Virus record (IMG/VR): IMGVR_UViG_3300005077_000001
Span: 64,001 to 128,000 of that record
Direction: 5' to 3' (one strand)
DNA length: 64,000 bases
Origin: a virus
Lineage: Duplodnaviria; Caudoviricetes
This document shows, piece after piece, positions 30,061-41,000 of this stretch; position 1 is the first letter of the stretch; each line of letters opens with the position of its first letter. The notes below the pieces were generated by a model. It did no database searches. It saw nothing but the letters and a program-made list of their open reading frames with translations, and had not been told where the DNA came from. The position numbers and the translations under genes are program-made.

Positions 30061-31502
30061 GCATAAGTGTTATTGTATCTTTAATATTTTCTATTTGTCT
30101 TCAGTCTTTTACAATTTGGTATATTTTCAAACACTTCATTGGTATGCCCAGACACACGTGGTTTTTTATAATACTCCCATCTTTTTTTATGATTTCGTTA
30201 AGACTAACTGCTATCTATTTACATTTTAATAACTATGGTCCTTTTGTTGAAGATTTTGTAATATCCCTTTTTATTATAGGTATTTCTTCTTCTCTATTAT
30301 ATAGTTATACAAAAATTAATAAATTATTTAAATCTTTATCAGGGTATGAGAATAACTTTGATGATATGGTAGAAAAACGATTTAAGAAAGAATGGGAAGA
30401 GACATTCGATTCAATTCCTGATCTGATTACTGTTTTGGATACTAATTTTACAATTTTACGTGCAAATGAAGCTGTGCTGAAGTTCCTTGACTTGACTGAA
30501 GATGAAATAGTAGGAAAGCATTGTTATGAACTAATACACGGTACTGTAAAACCTCCTGCATTTTGTCCATTTCATATGCTACTATGTACAGGAACCTCTG
30601 TACCTGTGGAGGTTAAGTTGGGTAATACTATATTTCTAGTGAGTGTGCATCCTTTTTATGATAAAAATACACTAAAAGGGGTTATACATATAGCACGGGA
30701 TGTTACAAGTTTGAAAAAAACGGAAATTGAATTGGAGAAAAAAAAGGAGGAATTATATGCTCTAAATTTAGCGAAAACTCAAGATTTATTAGATTCAGCT
30801 AGAATGTTAAATGCTGGAGTAGCTCATGAATTACGTACTCCAATGCAAGCTATAATAAATGTAATAGAGTTATTACAATCTGAATTAGTACATTGCTATG
30901 TAGAAGAAGCTAAGAGTACTATGAAAGCTTTATTGGAAGATGCAGAGATTCAATTAACTTATTCTATTGGAGTTTTAAATTCGCTATCTGCTTACGCAAA
31001 ATCTGGAGTCATGGTCGGTGTTCATTGCATTGATGTTTTTGAAGAACTAGTTGGTATAATTAAAACTTTGAGATTTGTAGATCCATTCAAGGCTTTAGAC
31101 GACGATCAATTCCATATTCAAGAACCAAGTTTTTTTAGTTGTGCAATAAAAATAAATAAATCTGACTTTAGACAAATAATTGAAAATTTATGTAAAAACT
31201 CTATTGAAGCAATAAAAGGTGTAGAGCCTAAAATATCAATTAAAGTTACTAAAGAAATAGATTTAATTAACATACACATAATAGATAACGGAGTAGGAGT
31301 TCCTGATAAATATAAAGATGATATATTTAAACCTTATTTTTCAACTAAAATAGGGAAAACACAACAGAATCAGGGTTTAGGGTTGGCTATTGTAAAAAAC
31401 CTAGTGATAAAGAACGGTGGGAATATTACATTTAATAGTCATCCTGGATATACGGAATTTATAGTTACATTTCCGTGTGCAAAAGCGGAAATAGAAGAAT
31501 AA
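30057..31502 (+). CDS. Membrane sensor histidine kinase (TM-PAS-HisKA-HATPase)
   Basis: About three N-terminal TM helices; PAS WEETFDSIPD...GKHCYELIHG...CP...ARDVT; H-box VAHELRTP; N-box NLCKNSIEA; DNGVG, FSTK and GLGLAIV boxes. Confidence 0.92.
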   Translation: MSISVIVSLIFSICLQSFTIWYIFKHFIGMPRHTWFFIILPSFFMISLRLTAIYLHFNNYGPFVEDFVISLFIIGISSSLLYSYTKINKLFKSLSGYENNFDDMVEKRFKKEWEETFDSIPDLITVLDTNFTILRANEAVLKFLDLTEDEIVGKHCYELIHGTVKPPAFCPFHMLLCTGTSVPVEVKLGNTIFLVSVHPFYDKNTLKGVIHIARDVTSLKKTEIELEKKKEELYALNLAKTQDLLDSARMLNAGVAHELRTPMQAIINVIELLQSELVHCYVEEAKSTMKALLEDAEIQLTYSIGVLNSLSAYAKSGVMVGVHCIDVFEELVGIIKTLRFVDPFKALDDDQFHIQEPSFFSCAIKINKSDFRQIIENLCKNSIEAIKGVEPKISIKVTKEIDLINIHIIDNGVGVPDKYKDDIFKPYFSTKIGKTQQNQGLGLAIVKNLVIKNGGNITFNSHPGYTEFIVTFPCAKAEIEE

Positions 31503-31518
31503 GAAAGGGGAATATAAG

Positions 31519-32079
31519 ATGGAAAGTTACTTACAAAATATAAGTACAGTACCAAAAATGATTTTAAAGCAGTTTTTTGAGCCGGGAGAAAAAAAGGATT
31601 TAAGTATTTTATTTAAAGAATTTAGTACTGATACTCCTAGAAAGAAGGCTAAATTTAGACCAAATGAATTTTCTGATTTCATTGAGTGGGTACAAGAATT
31701 AACTAATGAGCAACAAGGGTACTGGTGTGTTTCTTTACCTGTAGATAAAAATAAAACTGTTGCTAAGCCTAAACCTAAAGGTAAAGCTAAAGTTAAAAAA
31801 ACTACTAAGAAGAAGAATCCATTAGAAAAAATAGAAAAAGAGATTGCTACTCTTCCATTAGATCAGTATAAAGCAATGCATATCGCAAACCTTCCATATG
31901 ATATTGAAGGGAAACGTAAAATAGATGTTTATGAAAACCCAGATGAATTAAGAAAAGCAGAAAATATATGTTCAAATACTGCTGGTAAAGAGAAATTGCG
32001 TAATTACATTACAAAGCGTTTACGACAATTAGAATCACAAGGCAGGTATGCTAAAGGAGCACTAGTGCCTTCTGCTTAA
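31519..32079 (+). CDS. Hypothetical protein
   Basis: 186 aa with a Lys-rich linker; RBS AAAGGGG. Confidence 0.6.
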   Translation: MESYLQNISTVPKMILKQFFEPGEKKDLSILFKEFSTDTPRKKAKFRPNEFSDFIEWVQELTNEQQGYWCVSLPVDKNKTVAKPKPKGKAKVKKTTKKKNPLEKIEKEIATLPLDQYKAMHIANLPYDIEGKRKIDVYENPDELRKAENICSNTAGKEKLRNYITKRLRQLESQGRYAKGALVPSA

Positions 32080-32088
32080 GAGGTAAAA

Positions 32089-32625
32089 ATGATTGATCCT
32101 GCTTTTATAGATGATTATACTAGATTACAAAAGCAAATGGTCTTGGATTTGAGTAAGCAAGTGACCATAGGGTTACCTCCACTAGAGGAGGAATGTCCTA
32201 ACTGTGCTTATACAGACCCAGATAATTCTTCTTTAGGAAGTTTTATAGATTTTGGTAGTCCAGTGGTAGTTTTTTCTGGTACTAGTTGTGAGCGTACAAT
32301 AGCTCCTACCCCATTTAAAAGAACATGTAAAGTATGTAGTGGTAAAGGAAAATTGACTTGTGCACAAGAAGTTGTGGTACCTGCTATGGTTGCTAAATCT
32401 CAAATAGGATTACCAGATTCTCCGGCGGGTATAGTGTCTCAAAAAACATATCGGGTTAAAACAGATATTGCATACTATGATTATTTTGATGAAGCTGTGT
32501 ATTATATTATTGATTCTAAAAAATATGAAAAAATAAAACCTCCAATAAAAAGAGGTATGGGAGATAATTACGGGGTAGTTGAAGTATTTGTTGGGAGTGT
32601 AGATGAACGAGCAAGTATTAGTTAA
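32089..32625 (+). CDS. Probable neck/head-closure protein with CxxC...CxxC
   Basis: CPNC and CKVC pairs; C-terminal YRVKTD...YIIDSKKYE...KRGMG pattern resembles head-closure proteins; positional support. Confidence 0.45.
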   Translation: MIDPAFIDDYTRLQKQMVLDLSKQVTIGLPPLEEECPNCAYTDPDNSSLGSFIDFGSPVVVFSGTSCERTIAPTPFKRTCKVCSGKGKLTCAQEVVVPAMVAKSQIGLPDSPAGIVSQKTYRVKTDIAYYDYFDEAVYYIIDSKKYEKIKPPIKRGMGDNYGVVEVFVGSVDERASIS

Positions 32626-33229
32626 ATCTAAACAAATAACTGATGATTTACGTAATCATATTCTAAATTATTTAAAGTCAGAAGGTGCTGGCGGTAAAAA
32701 AATAGTAGCTGCTTTTATGTCTGAGTTTGAGAATTTAGCTTATCGTTCGCCGCCAGACGACCCAACAAACATTATTAATCACATGGATTTTTTAGAGAAC
32801 CACATAAAAAATACTTTAGATTCTAGTATTCATATAGATGAAAATGGTAATATTAATTTAGGAATTTGTACTGATACTCTGTTAGGTTTTAAAGAAGATA
32901 AGTCTTCTTTGAAACACCATCCACAGCCTTTAAAGTGGGTGGTGTACTTAATAAGAGGAATTGCTGGAGAGTATGCATTTGTTAATAATAATACTTATTT
33001 TTTGAAATATAGTAAGCCTATGCCCGCTCAATATAATGGCGGTTTCTTGGTAGGAAAATGGCTTTGGGATAGAGAAGGATGGAATATTGTTGGTGATTTT
33101 GCTAGATTTAGGCACCCGGCTTCTAAAGCATCACCCATCCCATTTTTTAAAAATGTATTAGAAAAAATAAATTTACATTCTTTAATGGATGAAGCCAAAG
33201 GGAGTTTCAGAACTGATGGAACTAATTAG
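32603..33229 (+). CDS. Probable neck/tail-completion protein
   Basis: 208 aa between the head-closure-like and terminator-like genes; positional call only. Confidence 0.4.
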   Translation: MNEQVLVKSKQITDDLRNHILNYLKSEGAGGKKIVAAFMSEFENLAYRSPPDDPTNIINHMDFLENHIKNTLDSSIHIDENGNINLGICTDTLLGFKEDKSSLKHHPQPLKWVVYLIRGIAGEYAFVNNNTYFLKYSKPMPAQYNGGFLVGKWLWDREGWNIVGDFARFRHPASKASPIPFFKNVLEKINLHSLMDEAKGSFRTDGTN

Positions 33230-34031
33230 ATGTATTAAATATAGTATTTTATTATATATACAGAATTGTATTTTAGCAACTAATTATGCTGAAGAAAATA
33301 CAGATATGTCATTAACTAGTATTGGAAATAATACTTATAATATTGAATATGACGATAATTGGGTAGATATATTTGATAGGGGAGAATATGCTGGTCAAGG
33401 AGAAGGAAGAGGGCTGGTGTATTTTAATACCCCTACTATATTATCTAATTATTCTTGTTCTTTTGTAAATGAACAAACTCGTATGGTTACTGTTTATGAT
33501 GACGTAGATACTGTAGTATCTGGATGTAGAATTAATTATAAAAAAGGACAAATAGTATATGATGGGCCACAAATTCCTTCAACAATAGATTATTATTGGA
33601 ATTACGTATCTACTATAGATGGATGGCCTCACGAAGATTTACCTCAACTGCCTATAGTTTCTGTTTTAGAGCAAGATTTTGATACTGTAGGGATTCAATT
33701 AGGCGGAGGAGATAAAACTAGGCAAAGTTGGCATATAGAACTTTTTGCAAATAATAAAGGAGAAAGAGATGATTTACGGTCTATTATTTATGATGGCCTT
33801 AATCTACGTTCTTGTCCATTATATGCATTTTCTAAAGGTATTCCATTAGATAAAAATGGATTTTTTAATAATAATTTCGATTCTTCACTCATACAAAATA
33901 GATCAAATATACAGTTTTTAGATGTTAAAACTTCTATTACTGGATTACCTGATTGGGGATTTTGGCAGACAGAAACAGTTAATAAATTTAGAGCAAGTAT
34001 TAATTTTTCTACACAAGTATATTATGGTTAA
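33216..34031 (+). CDS. Probable tail terminator protein
   Basis: LPQLPIVSV...QLGG...WHIELFANNKGERDDLRSII pattern; directly before the tail tube gene; start placed at ATG 33216. Confidence 0.5.
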   Translation: MELIRCIKYSILLYIQNCILATNYAEENTDMSLTSIGNNTYNIEYDDNWVDIFDRGEYAGQGEGRGLVYFNTPTILSNYSCSFVNEQTRMVTVYDDVDTVVSGCRINYKKGQIVYDGPQIPSTIDYYWNYVSTIDGWPHEDLPQLPIVSVLEQDFDTVGIQLGGGDKTRQSWHIELFANNKGERDDLRSIIYDGLNLRSCPLYAFSKGIPLDKNGFFNNNFDSSLIQNRSNIQFLDVKTSITGLPDWGFWQTETVNKFRASINFSTQVYYG

Positions 34032-34041
34032 TATTAACTAA

Positions 34042-34068
34042 TTAACTAACTTTCTAGTGTAAGATAGA
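34042..34068 (+). promoter_or_regulatory. Candidate late promoter motif, copy E (TTAACTAA tandemly doubled from 34034)
   Basis: TTAACTAA-N15-TAGA upstream of the major tail gene. Confidence 0.55.
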
Positions 34069-34146
34069 TAATAAAAAAAAGGAAAAGGAGTAAGCCCCCG
34101 GTAAGTTTTAGACTTTTTTAAGTAACCTAGGAGGAAAGAAAGTCAT

Positions 34147-35886
34147 ATGGCTAAACGAACTAGAATAATTTATGCTTCTCAAAGTGTTCGTTGTAATGGG
34201 CACCTTCTGTATCGTGTACAGACTTTAGGTTCCAACACCACTTTCACTTCTGAGAACTTGTTTGAATTAGGCCATTTAGACATCATCGACGTTGTTGATG
34301 ACGTACCTGCGGTTGCTGTTGCTATTGATACTAACGATTTTGGTAGTGTTGAGACAATGGCATCTCTTGCTGGTATGAATATGATGGTGATGTCTGGTGT
34401 AGTTAGTGCAAGTTCTGCTTATCTTAGAGCACCTGCTGCCTGCACCGGTTCTGGTACTACGTACTATCACGGTGTTGGAATTGATGACTTTGGGCTAAGC
34501 AATGGCGTAGCTATTTGGGCCCCTGTTCAGAAAGAAGGCAATCTAGGTACTCTAGATGATGAAATAGAAATGACTCTATTCATGAACAAAGTTTTCGTAA
34601 ACTCCATTACACTTACTTATAATGTTGGTGCTAATGCGACAGAAAACTATGCAGCTGAAACTGACAATAAAATGTGGCTTATGAACGGTGCTAAATTCAT
34701 CTCACAAGAGGAATGGGATATTACTGATCCTAGTAATAGCTATGCTCTAGCTCTTGGGCTAACAGCATTAAATCCAATTCCTACTCTGTCTGATTGTAAA
34801 TTAGCATTCCTGGCTTATACTGATGATGGCGTAGAAGGTGTTACAGTTAAAACATCAACCGAGCGTGATGGTACTGTATACCCAATCGCAGCCGGAACAG
34901 TATCTACTGCTGGAGAATTTAGATACAACGCAACTCTCCAGACTGTCATTCTGCCTAGTGACGCGGCTTCTCTATGGACTGGCGACGTAACTTTTAAAGT
35001 ACGTTATGCTGCTCCTGCTTATGCTGCTGTTGCTAATGCAGTAAGTGCAAATACAGCAACTAGAGTTTATGCTAAGTATTTTGAGCTAACAAGTGCAGAT
35101 ACTGAACCAGATCATCCATCAACTCACTATGCTGAGGATATCGGTGGTCTTCGTCAAGGTCAAGTTGAAGTATTTATTGTAGATCCAGACGTAGTAACTT
35201 CTGAGTCTGATTGGGAAAATATGTGGCGTGTTCAGACTGTAACTATTACAGCTACTCCTGCACGTACTCCATTGAATGAGCTTGGTCATATCAGACCTTA
35301 TACTCGTACAATGAACTTCCCAGTTGAAATTACTTCTAACGTTGCTACTACAGCTTCTGATATGGAAAACTTCGTAAAGTTCTGTGGTAAAACCTGGACT
35401 GACTTCGAAGATGGTGGTACTGGAGTAGATCTTTCTTTGGCTCATATTATGGCTAAGAAAAATCTTATTCTAGTTGTAAAAATTTACAGCCAGACCAATG
35501 AGGAAGCTGGTGGAAATAATAGAACTCGTAAGGCTCTTATTAGTACATTAGCGGGCAAAGAATTCTTTGATCCTAATAATGATAGTATTGGAGCTGGTAG
35601 CTGGTCTAATGGTAAGGGTTTCTACCCTGCTTATGATCAGGATGTTTCAGGTTATGTTGGGTCTTGTACTTCACCTCCTCGTGAAAGACCGTTGAAGTGC
35701 GTAATTGTGCCTGATCTAAAGATCACGGCTGAAAATTACCAGAACTCAATTGGTGGTGGTCGTGGTGGTGGTACCAATGCTACTCAGGAATTCAACTTCC
35801 GTTCAACCAATAAGCTGTTCGTTGTTAAAGGCGAAGTAGCTATTACGGATCTTGCTTGCCTTGAGAGAAACCCAATCAATCCATAA
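34147..35886 (+). CDS. Major tail (tube) protein
   Basis: 579 aa; own promoter motif, RBS GGAGGA and terminator; RVQTLGSNTTFTSENLFELG and RVQTVTITATPARTPLNELG internal duplication typical of tube proteins; precedes chaperones and tape measure. Confidence 0.7.
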   Translation: MAKRTRIIYASQSVRCNGHLLYRVQTLGSNTTFTSENLFELGHLDIIDVVDDVPAVAVAIDTNDFGSVETMASLAGMNMMVMSGVVSASSAYLRAPAACTGSGTTYYHGVGIDDFGLSNGVAIWAPVQKEGNLGTLDDEIEMTLFMNKVFVNSITLTYNVGANATENYAAETDNKMWLMNGAKFISQEEWDITDPSNSYALALGLTALNPIPTLSDCKLAFLAYTDDGVEGVTVKTSTERDGTVYPIAAGTVSTAGEFRYNATLQTVILPSDAASLWTGDVTFKVRYAAPAYAAVANAVSANTATRVYAKYFELTSADTEPDHPSTHYAEDIGGLRQGQVEVFIVDPDVVTSESDWENMWRVQTVTITATPARTPLNELGHIRPYTRTMNFPVEITSNVATTASDMENFVKFCGKTWTDFEDGGTGVDLSLAHIMAKKNLILVVKIYSQTNEEAGGNNRTRKALISTLAGKEFFDPNNDSIGAGSWSNGKGFYPAYDQDVSGYVGSCTSPPRERPLKCVIVPDLKITAENYQNSIGGGRGGGTNATQEFNFRSTNKLFVVKGEVAITDLACLERNPINP

Positions 35887-35906
35887 TTGAATTGATGGTA
35901 TGCGAT

Positions 35907-35938
35907 AAAGGAGTAGCCTTAGTGCTACTCCTTTTTTT
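35907..35938 (+). terminator. Intrinsic terminator after the major tail gene
   Basis: AAAGGAGTAGC-CTTAGT-GCTACTCCTTT followed by TTTT. Confidence 0.85.
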
Positions 35939-35974
35939 CACTTCTCATAAAAAGTAAAGGAGGTCGGAAGGGCA

Positions 35975-36265
35975 ATGGATAAGAAATCTTATCAAGAAAA
36001 CTCTCGCCGTAAATATAATTCATTTGTAGATAAAAGAAAAGATATTATGTTAGGCAAAATTCTTACGATTGTTGAAGTTTTAGTTACTAATAAACTACAA
36101 TGGGAAAAAACAAGGAAACATCTATTAGGGATTTGTAATGATTTTGTTAGAGAAAATCAATTTGAATTAGAAAAGAATTATGTTATGGAATATGTAGATT
36201 CTAAAGAAGATCTTATTGAAGTTACTCATTTAAACAAAAATGGAGGAGGGGACTCTAATGGCTAA
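35975..36265 (+). CDS. Small hypothetical protein
   Basis: 96 aa; AAGGAGG upstream. Confidence 0.6.
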   Translation: MDKKSYQENSRRKYNSFVDKRKDIMLGKILTIVEVLVTNKLQWEKTRKHLLGICNDFVRENQFELEKNYVMEYVDSKEDLIEVTHLNKNGGGDSNG

Positions 36266-36968
36266 TAAGGATTTAAAGGATGTATTTGAAAACGGCCGCT
36301 CGTTTCAAATGGAAGATTCTGGATTAATGTATTACATTATCCCACCTGATGCTGAATCTGCTGCTAAAGCTAAGTGGCACTACAGTAAAATGTATAGTAA
36401 AGCTTTTATGGATGGAGTAAGCACTGTTGCTGAAATGAGAGATGCTCTACTTAAAAGAGGGCTAATAGGGGAAGCTTTCGATAGCAAACTGCAAGAACTT
36501 ATAAATGATCGTGATATTATGGTAAGTGAATTAGAAAGTGTATCTGATATAGATGAACGTGAAGCATTGGCAATTAAAATTGCGGAAAAAAGAGATGAAA
36601 TCTATGCATGGAGCCAACGTGCTAGTGCTCCATTATCACAAACTGCTGAAAGTTTGGCAGAAGACAGCCAAACAGACTTTCTTACTACATGTATGGTAGT
36701 GGGAGAGGACGGTAAGAAGATATGGGCAGACTACGATTCATTTGTTAAAGAAAAAGATCAGATGCTAGCAATGAGAGCTAGATACGAATGCATAATGTTT
36801 CTACAAGGTTTTGAATCAGATTTTCTTGAGAATTTACCAGAAAATAAAATTCTACGAGAAGTAATGGAAGAGAGACAGAAAGAAGCAGAAGCAGAAGCAG
36901 AAGAAGATGTAGAAGTTGAAGAAGAAAAACCAAAGAAGAAGAAAAGTACTAAAAAGAAAAATGATTAA
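36258..36968 (+). CDS. Probable tail assembly chaperone
   Basis: Acidic helical protein between tail tube and tape measure; GGAGGAGGGG RBS before ATG 36258. Confidence 0.55.
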   Translation: MANKDLKDVFENGRSFQMEDSGLMYYIIPPDAESAAKAKWHYSKMYSKAFMDGVSTVAEMRDALLKRGLIGEAFDSKLQELINDRDIMVSELESVSDIDEREALAIKIAEKRDEIYAWSQRASAPLSQTAESLAEDSQTDFLTTCMVVGEDGKKIWADYDSFVKEKDQMLAMRARYECIMFLQGFESDFLENLPENKILREVMEERQKEAEAEAEEDVEVEEEKPKKKKSTKKKND

Positions 36969-36970
36969 TA

Positions 36971-38050
36971 ATGATAGATTTGAGTATAGATACTTTAGTA
37001 CAGAAAATTGAAGAAATTTCCAGTGGAGAATGTGTAAGGCACATAGAGGCAAATGACTCTTATGTGCTTTATACCTATCCTAATAAATATCAATTTAAGC
37101 TTGCCGATATAAAAGAAAAACAAACATATAAATTAGCTACAGATGATGGTTTTCCAACTATAGAACAGATGGAAAAACGATTAAGAGAAGGGGGTTTGTG
37201 GACTGAAACACACGAGATTAAATCAGAGGATTTACGAAGTAAGATAAAAGGATTACGAGTAGTTAAAGATGACCCATCCCTCACAAAAACAGAAAATAGA
37301 AAACATATTTTACAGCAATCAATTAATAAATATGAAAAAGAATTATGGGAATTAGAGTATATAAAAGATAGTAAACTAGACGAAACAGTGGAGCGGAAAT
37401 CTCGTCGTATTAGATACGATTATTTATGTTGGTTATGCGCGTTTGATCCATTTTCTAAAGATAAATTTTGGGATAAGTCCTTTGATGAATATCAAATAAT
37501 AGAAAATATATTAAAAACAGAGGTTTTAACTAACTTTATACAATTTATAGGTGGTCATGAACAAGAAGAAATTAGGTATATAGCTCGTAGCACTTATTGG
37601 AAAGTAAATTACCTAGTTTCACAAAAAAGCAATTCTCCTCTATTTAGTCGGTCTGTGTATGAAATGACCCCTGACCAGCTCAATTTATGTTATTGGAGTC
37701 AGTTCTATCAAAACATAAATGAGATGATGCCAGAAGACAGACCAGATGATGAAACAATAGATAACGATGAGGCATTGGATAAATGGCTAGAGGAGTATCA
37801 CAGGAATAAAAGCGAAGAACGTAAATCAGCAAGGCTTTCCTCATTTGGATCTAGTTCGGCAATGAACCAAAAAGAAGTTTTGGTATTTAGATCCAATCCA
37901 AATTACGAGAAAATTGAATATGATGAGCCACCTTCTACAGAAGGTAAATTATCAGACAGTGACACAAAAGAAAGTATGGACAAAAAAGGTATGCGTCTTA
38001 GGAGATTAATAAGACAGAAAAAAATGGAGAAAAACAAGAAAACTGATTAA
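36971..38050 (+). CDS. Probable second tail assembly chaperone
   Basis: 359 aa; stop overlaps the giant ORF start (TAATG). Confidence 0.5.
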   Translation: MIDLSIDTLVQKIEEISSGECVRHIEANDSYVLYTYPNKYQFKLADIKEKQTYKLATDDGFPTIEQMEKRLREGGLWTETHEIKSEDLRSKIKGLRVVKDDPSLTKTENRKHILQQSINKYEKELWELEYIKDSKLDETVERKSRRIRYDYLCWLCAFDPFSKDKFWDKSFDEYQIIENILKTEVLTNFIQFIGGHEQEEIRYIARSTYWKVNYLVSQKSNSPLFSRSVYEMTPDQLNLCYWSQFYQNINEMMPEDRPDDETIDNDEALDKWLEEYHRNKSEERKSARLSSFGSSSAMNQKEVLVFRSNPNYEKIEYDEPPSTEGKLSDSDTKESMDKKGMRLRRLIRQKKMEKNKKTD

Positions 38051-41000
38051 TGGCTGAAGATTATACGTTTAATATAAAAATCAATATAACTCCAGAGATA
38101 AATCAAAGCGAACTTGCCAAGTTGTCTTCTCTAGATAAACATCAAAAAGTTTCTACTACTGATATGATGGCTTTAAGACGTACTATTTCTGCTGATAAAC
38201 CGATTACTAAACAAACTGAAGATAAACTATTTGATCATATGTCCAAACTTGAACAGAGAATTGAGCAATTAAAGCAAACCAATGTACAATCCTATGCTCC
38301 TGTATCTAATATATCAATTCGGAATTCTATGGAATCCATAGAGAAAACAATAGATAAAGCTAATCGCTTAAATGAAAAGCTACTTAATTCACAAAAAGAA
38401 TTAGGTCAACAGTTCCATTCCTCTAAACAAATGTCAGAAGAGCTGCGAAGAAGCCTTGAACAGCAAAGACAAAAATTTGTAGACTACGTGAGATTAAATG
38501 AATCAATTACTAAACCCACTCAATTAACTACATTTGCTGGAGAAAGAATACAACTAAAACCAGAACGTCCTCTAAAACCAATGGTAGCTCCAGATATGTT
38601 TTCAAAAGAAATTGAAAAACAATTTCAAAATCTACTTACTACAGCTAAGCAAGATTTAGCCAAAGAAATATTAAAATTTAAATACGCTTTCAATGACAGG
38701 TTAGGAGATATTACTTCTTCTTTACAAGAGGTAGGGTATAGTTCTCATATGAAGGCATTGGATCAAGTAAATAAAGTAAAGGATTTACTAGATCAAGTTA
38801 CTAGTTCAGAAGATTTAAAAGTGGTCGTTGATAATTTTAAATCTAAATCTAAACAGATGCAAAAAGATATTGTTGATATGAGGTATATGATTGATAAAGC
38901 ATCTACTGATTTTGGTACAGAATTAGGTAAAGAGATAGATAATATAAGAAAATCTTTTCAGAATTTTTATAGGGATTTCGTATTTACATTTGGCAAACCT
39001 AACTTCTTTGAACCTGCTGGTCCTATGTTTAGGGATGTTGCTTCCCAATCTATGAGACGTGGAGAGCGTTCACCCATAGGGGGTAGATACGTTGGAGATC
39101 CTAGGATTAAGTTTGATCAGTATGGGGCGGCTCAATACAATATTACTGATGTTAAAGCTTTAGGTCAAACTTTATTGGATTTGTTAAAACCCAATTATTT
39201 AGCAAAAGCTTTTGATTTGAAAAATGTAGATAAAGCACTTCAGAATCAAATAAATGATTATTTCACTAAAAATAATATTTCTAAAAAACTAGAAACTTTA
39301 ATATCTTATAGTATTCCTGATTTAAAAAGTATACATCAGGATATAGTAGATACCATCTCCAAACACCTAGAAAAAACGATGGATAATGGTAAAATAAATA
39401 AGATGGTAGATAAATATATGCAAGATGTTTTATCTGCTACAGAAAAATCACTTAAAATACCTTCTATAGCTAAAAGTCCTAGGGGTGCTGGAATAATAAG
39501 AGATGTAGAACGTGGTGAATACCTCACTATGGGGCAGTATTTAAGTGTCCAACCTTCAATCAATAGGTTGTATGATCAATACATTAACCCAATGTTCAAG
39601 ATGCTGTCTCGTACAGGGATTGAACAATCTAAACTTCCACAAGACTTAAAAAATCTTAGAAAACTAGTAAAGGATTATTGGGCGAGATCTAAATCTTTTG
39701 AAGGAACTGAAGGGGTTGGGGTTGGTACAGAATTAGCTTCAGCCGAAATTATTGATAGGGTAAAGGGGTCTTTCAAGATGATGGAAGACTATTTGAAGAA
39801 AGAGAAAGGCTCAAAGTCTATAAGATATATTAATGAGATAGAGAAACTTCGTAATAATTTCATGGAAGAATATGACAAAGCATTAAGAGAGTCTATACGT
39901 ACTACGATGGAAAGAGTATTCAAAGAATCTTTGATTAGGGGAGATGTAAAACTTCCTTCAAATCTAGAAAAAAAATACAGGTCAGAACTACAACAATATA
40001 TAGGAAAGGGGGTTAGAACTTATTTATTACCAGATGATATTCAAAAAGTCATTAAAGATCATTCAAAAGAAATAGAGAAGAAAGTTAATGCCATTGGGAA
40101 TATTAATTTAGAAACTACTTTAAATAAGCTATCAAAAGAAGAGGAACGTATCTTTGGTAAAAATGATTATAGTGTTAGACCAAAACAAAGAGTAATGGAA
40201 GAATTTGGTAAGTATTACCCAACAGATGTATATAAACTGATGATGCAAGTAACGAGATCAATGCAAGGTCAATTAAATGAGTTACAAAAAATAAGGAATA
40301 GTTTATCAGCAGCAGGAAGTAAAGGTAATGACTCTTATTTTCGTGAATTATTAGAGCAACATTTTAGACGAGTATTTGATCCTGTAAAAGAACGTATTCC
40401 TGAAGAGCATGAAGCTATGCAGAAACACGAAGTATATGGTAGGTATCGTACTATTACTTTACAACCAAAACTTCCTAGCATTGCTGAAGGCGAATCTTCT
40501 TACGGAGTACCTGTCGATTTACAAGCAGAGCGTAGATTCATTGTTCAGAGAAATCTGGAAATGGAAGAGTTGTTTGAAAAAGAATATATAAGAGGTATTA
40601 AAGATTTAGAAAAAAGACTTGGTCCTACAATTAGAATGTTGTCTACCATTGGTCTTAATGAAGCAGCTGCAGCTGGTAAGAGGGTATTTGGTCAAGATTT
40701 TGGTAAAGAATTTTTAGAATCTTTTCTAAAAAATAGAAAAGTTCATCCTTTTTCTTCTTATGATCCAAGAGAAACGGAAGCTTTTGGACAATCTATTAAT
40801 CCATCAAGACCTACTGGTGCAGCATGGTTAAGTTTAGCGGGCCCAGAATTTAATGCTATTCGTTCTGCAAGATCACACCAGATGATTTCTCGTGGAGAGT
40901 GGGGCCCTTATGGTACTGGGCTTAATGTAGTAACAGCATTGAAAGACGTATCTCAAGGCTATGAAGATGTATTTGAAATTGGTAAAAGGTTAAAAGAAAT

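Noticed and set aside
36940-36975. Programmed -1 frameshift joining the two tail chaperone genes (lambda G/GT type)
   Set aside because: The A-rich end lacks an in-frame X XXY YYZ heptamer, and the -1 frame has TGA at 36962-36964 before the second gene.
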